A stretch of 64,000 nt of DNA, from assembly GCA_964016885.1 (NCBI GenBank), contig OZ024748.1, forward strand, positions 5,704,001 to 5,768,000, given 5' to 3'. Source of the DNA: Eledone cirrhosa. Its lineage: Eukaryota. A program made the position numbers and the translations under genes. The notes beneath the pieces were generated by a model. The model was not told the DNA's origin. It did no database searches and saw nothing but the letters and a program-made list of their open reading frames with translations. Position 1 is the first letter of the stretch; each line of letters opens with the position of its first letter. Shown one piece after another: positions 60,160-64,000 of the stretch.

Positions 60160-60561
60160 TATAAAGAAAACGAAAAATCAGTGATGCATCTGGACTTAGT
60201 TCATTTCGTGTTACAAATGTTTCGCCGGCATGTAGCTCGAGTCATGGTCCTTGTATGGATCTGGCTGATTCTACTTCTGCGGGTTCTTTCAGACATGGCT
60301 GTTTCGTCCGTGATAAAATTTGCTCCGGGCGAAACACCCGTGTCTGAAAGAACCCGCAGAAGTAGAATCATCCAGATCCATACAAGGACCATGACTCGAG
60401 CTACATGCCGGCGAAACATTTGTAACACGAAGTAAACTAAGTCCAGATGCATCACTGATTTTTCGTTTTCTTTATAATATCTACACTCTACTCTGATGAA
60501 TATCGAGTGCTAAATTTGGCATATCGCCTATGGAAGCACCATAGCTACCACTATACACAAC
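60158..60561 (+). mobile_element. Fold-back element family C: 153-bp inverted arms (60158-60310 and 60326-60478) with a longer right arm, TA-flanked
   Basis: About 6 mismatches between arms; 15-nt spacer; centre GTTTCGTCCG...CGGGCGAAAC. Confidence 0.7.
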
Positions 60562-62244
60562 TATATATATATATACATAACTGTGGGCATTGGTGGTCTT
60601 AGTATGGTGATAGTAATATTGCATATAGTCTGGCACCAAATCTCCATCTACCATATTTCACTCACAAGATATTGGTGGACCAATATTACAGTTTCTCAAA
60701 AAGGTACTCTATAAGAGGTGCAGTTGTATTTAAATCAATGGCGGCAAAATGTATATGGGGTTGTACATAATCTTTCAATGTGGCAGCTACAGGAACTGTC
60801 GACGAAATTGTAGTTTTAATACATTTTTTCTTAGTTGTAGCGCCATAATTTCTGTTTCATTTAATTTTTTATATCGATACACCGTTTCTTTGGCCGCCAT
60901 GTCTAATCGATTAACTGAGTCACCATGTAGGTGGTATCACACACATACATACACACAGATGGATAGATAAATAGATATATGGATATGTAGATAGACAGTT
61001 ATATATTGAGAGAGAGGGAGAGAGTGTTTGTGAGGGTGTCGGCGGCTAAATGTCTTGTAACAGTTAAGTGTTTTGTAAAATGTGTTAATATCTAATGTAA
61101 TGCATCCTGCCTCTCACGGCAAAAAAATGTGTAAGATACAAAGGGGAAATAACTGGAAAAATTCAATGTATAATTTATTCATTTTAAAAGACTGATAATT
61201 GCCGTGTAATTGATGTTTTATTTTAATGAATTGCACATAATGAAACAAAAAATAAGATAAAAATTGTACAATAAATTAAAATAAAAACATTGAGATTTAA
61301 GATTAAAAGAATAATAATAATAATAATAAATATAATACTAATGATAATGAAACTAAAATAATGCAACAGAATAAAAGAAATAAATGAAAAGATCTTTCAA
61401 ATGGCCACTCACTCACACACACACACACACACACAAGCACGCTCACATATACGCATACACACGCACACACACATATATATAATGATATAAAAATAATTGT
61501 AATAAAAAAATAAACGTAATAATAAATAAAGTCAACTAACAACAAAGGCAGGAAAACATTGTTTGTTAACAAGGGGAGACCATTATTATGGAGAGAGAAA
61601 AAAGAAAGATTTGTTTCAGAAAAAATAACAAAGATTTAAAACCTAATAAAACAAAATAACAATAAAAACTAAACAACAACACAATAACATCCAAATAAAC
61701 AACACTGATTGCTTTGCTTCTAAATTAGTGACTTTTTCTGCTCAGTAATGATTACAATAAATAAATAAATGATTGAATGAATAAATAAAGTAAAGAAAAA
61801 AATGAGGTGTATCGTTTGTTTATATTAGTTTTTTTTTTAGAAACAAAATGGAGGACAATTCTACGACAACAACACAAACAAACGTTATAATTACAACTAC
61901 AATAATAGCAACAACTACAACAGCAAGAAATAAAACGATAACAATAATAACAACTACAAAGACGATATTAACAAAACATCAATGGAATATAAAGAAAGAC
62001 CAGAATGTGTTATGTTGTATTTAGAAATGTAGAAAGTGAAAAATTATGAATGGGAACAATATTCATAATCATAATAGTAAACATCGGGATATTTTTGGCC
62101 ACAAAGTGTAAACAAACGGCTAGAATTAAAGATGTAGTCATCCCAGAACAAATGACTAGAATAATAGTTGACTGCTATAAATAATATGTCACAAAGTCGA
62201 GTACATATTTTTAGTGATAGATATCTATCATTATATATATATAG

Positions 62245-62494
62245 GTACCAGTAATGTACCGGGAAATTGCTGGCCTTGTGCCAATAGTAGAAACAATTAT
62301 ATATATAGGTGGTGAATTGAGAGTATCGGTAGAAGGTCGGAAGCTATGCTTTGCAGCACAGTTACGTCCCTTTACGGACTGAGTTCAAATCCCGCTGAAG
62401 TTAACTTTGCCTTTCATCCTTAGGAGGTCGATAAAATAAAGTACCAGTAATGCACTGGGAAATTGCTGGCCTTGTGTCATAAGTAGAAAGAATT
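62245..62494 (+). mobile_element. SINE 3' fragment (62245-62298) followed by a full copy (62309-62494)
   Basis: Tail duplicated upstream of a complete copy with B box GAGTTCAAATCC. Confidence 0.82.
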
Positions 62495-62496
62495 AT

Positions 62497-62574
<78 letters not shown>

Positions 62575-62673
62575 GTGTGCATGTGTATGTAAAAGGTAAA
62601 CAGAAATAACAACACAATCGGTACATTATACGGAAGGAATATATTAGGTTAACGCTTGAATAACAGGAACAGG

Positions 62674-62710
62674 GTCATAACGTTTCGGACGCTAGTCCTT
62701 CATCAGAAGA
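62674..62710 (-). ncRNA. Minimal hammerhead ribozyme motif (probable PLE pLTR remnant, ~62590-62900)
   Basis: Minus: UCUU-CUGAUGA-A-GGAC-UAGC-GUCC-GAAA-CGUU-AUGA; perfect core, 4-bp stem II, palindromic ACGU stem III, stem I 3/4 paired. Confidence 0.65.
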
Positions 62711-63234
62711 AAGAATGAGAAATAAGATAGATTAAGCGTACAATATATATATACTCAAGGAGTTGTGTTTCCTCATTGCCTTAATAAGATCAGATAAACG
62801 AAGTACCCACACTCATGCACATTGTGTGTTAGCTCATAACAGCGGCTGAGGAAGTGAATAAGTATCGTCACATGTAGAAAATGTCTCCAAATGGAATTTG
62901 AGGTAAATATATATTACTCATTATATATGGTAGCTTTGAATTACAATTCTGTCGCCTGTTAAAATTACATGCTCTCTTGTTCATAACCCAGATTACATGT
63001 TGAATATTGCTTTCTCAAGGACAGATTATTTCACATACACAGATCAATATTGTAACGTGTGGGTGTTTCCCTCCCTAACATTGTCTCATTACACACACAC
63101 ACACATATATATATACATTTATATATCTATGTATATAAACATAAATATCTATAGATATATTAATATCTATAATAACAAGCACACATAAGCTAACCAATAC
63201 ATACACAAACTCAAATGCAATCAAACATATATAA

Positions 63235-63272
<38 letters not shown>

Positions 63273-63294
63273 CAAACTAGAACACTTTATTATA

Positions 63295-63344
<50 letters not shown>

Positions 63345-63893
63345 AATATCAAATGTTATCGATATCAATAACTGTTGATGTAATTAGGTTGTTTTAACAA
63401 TAGATTTAACCTTTGTTATATTTTATTTCATTTTTAGTCACTGTATTAATAAAATGTTATTTATTGTAATATAATTGGATGAATATCCCTTTTACATAAT
63501 TATATGTATACATATATGTATGTATACCGAGAGAGATAGATACACAAATTATATATATAGATATATATATATGGATTTATACTTGATGTATATATCTATA
63601 TATATATCTATATATCTAAAAGTACAAACACATATGTATATGTTTGTGTGTATGTATGTATCTGTTATAGATGAATAAAATATGAAGTATTTCAGCAAAT
63701 TAAATGTTCTGTTTTTTATCCTCATAAATCGATGTTTTGTAGTTAACAATGAAGAGAAAATATACATTTGTCTCTGCTTCATGTTTGTGCATATGTGTTT
63801 AGTATTAAATCCGTGACCACAAACATAAATGTATATATATATATAGATGTTTGTATGTATAAATATATACTTCGTTTAAACACGCTCACACAA

Positions 63894-63930
<37 letters not shown>

Positions 63931-64000
63931 GATAGATAGATAAATATACACGGGTGTGTATGTTTGTGTATAGAAGATTATATTAATAAAAGGAATTCCA

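Noticed and set aside
60181-60455. Pair of 84-aa ORFs on opposite strands
   Set aside because: A consequence of the palindrome; no protein motif.

Overview
AT-rich, microsatellite-saturated animal genomic DNA. The SINE and repeat content looks like cephalopod (Octopus-like) DNA, which is an inference. I see no recognisable host protein-coding exon, and almost every ORF in the supplied track is a microsatellite translation artefact. The dominant feature is an apparently intact, young Penelope-like retroelement (PLE) on the minus strand (about 30939-36186), inserted in a (TA)n tract. Its 1209-aa ORF has an RT and a C-terminal GIY-YIG endonuclease, an Asn-rich insert, an unusually long motif A-B' spacer and a CxxxxCxxC linker. 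It has two near-identical ~590-bp pseudo-LTRs plus a third, inverted one that forms a 2x530-bp spacer-less palindrome, and each pLTR carries a minimal hammerhead-ribozyme-like motif. Elsewhere there are several short (TA)n-flanked asymmetric fold-back elements whose turning or truncation points lie in a hairpin directly 5' of GAAAC (probably hammerhead stem II). Also present are isolated hammerhead-like remnants, more than a dozen copies of a tRNA-derived SINE, an RTE LINE 3' fragment and a 59-copy 44-bp minisatellite.
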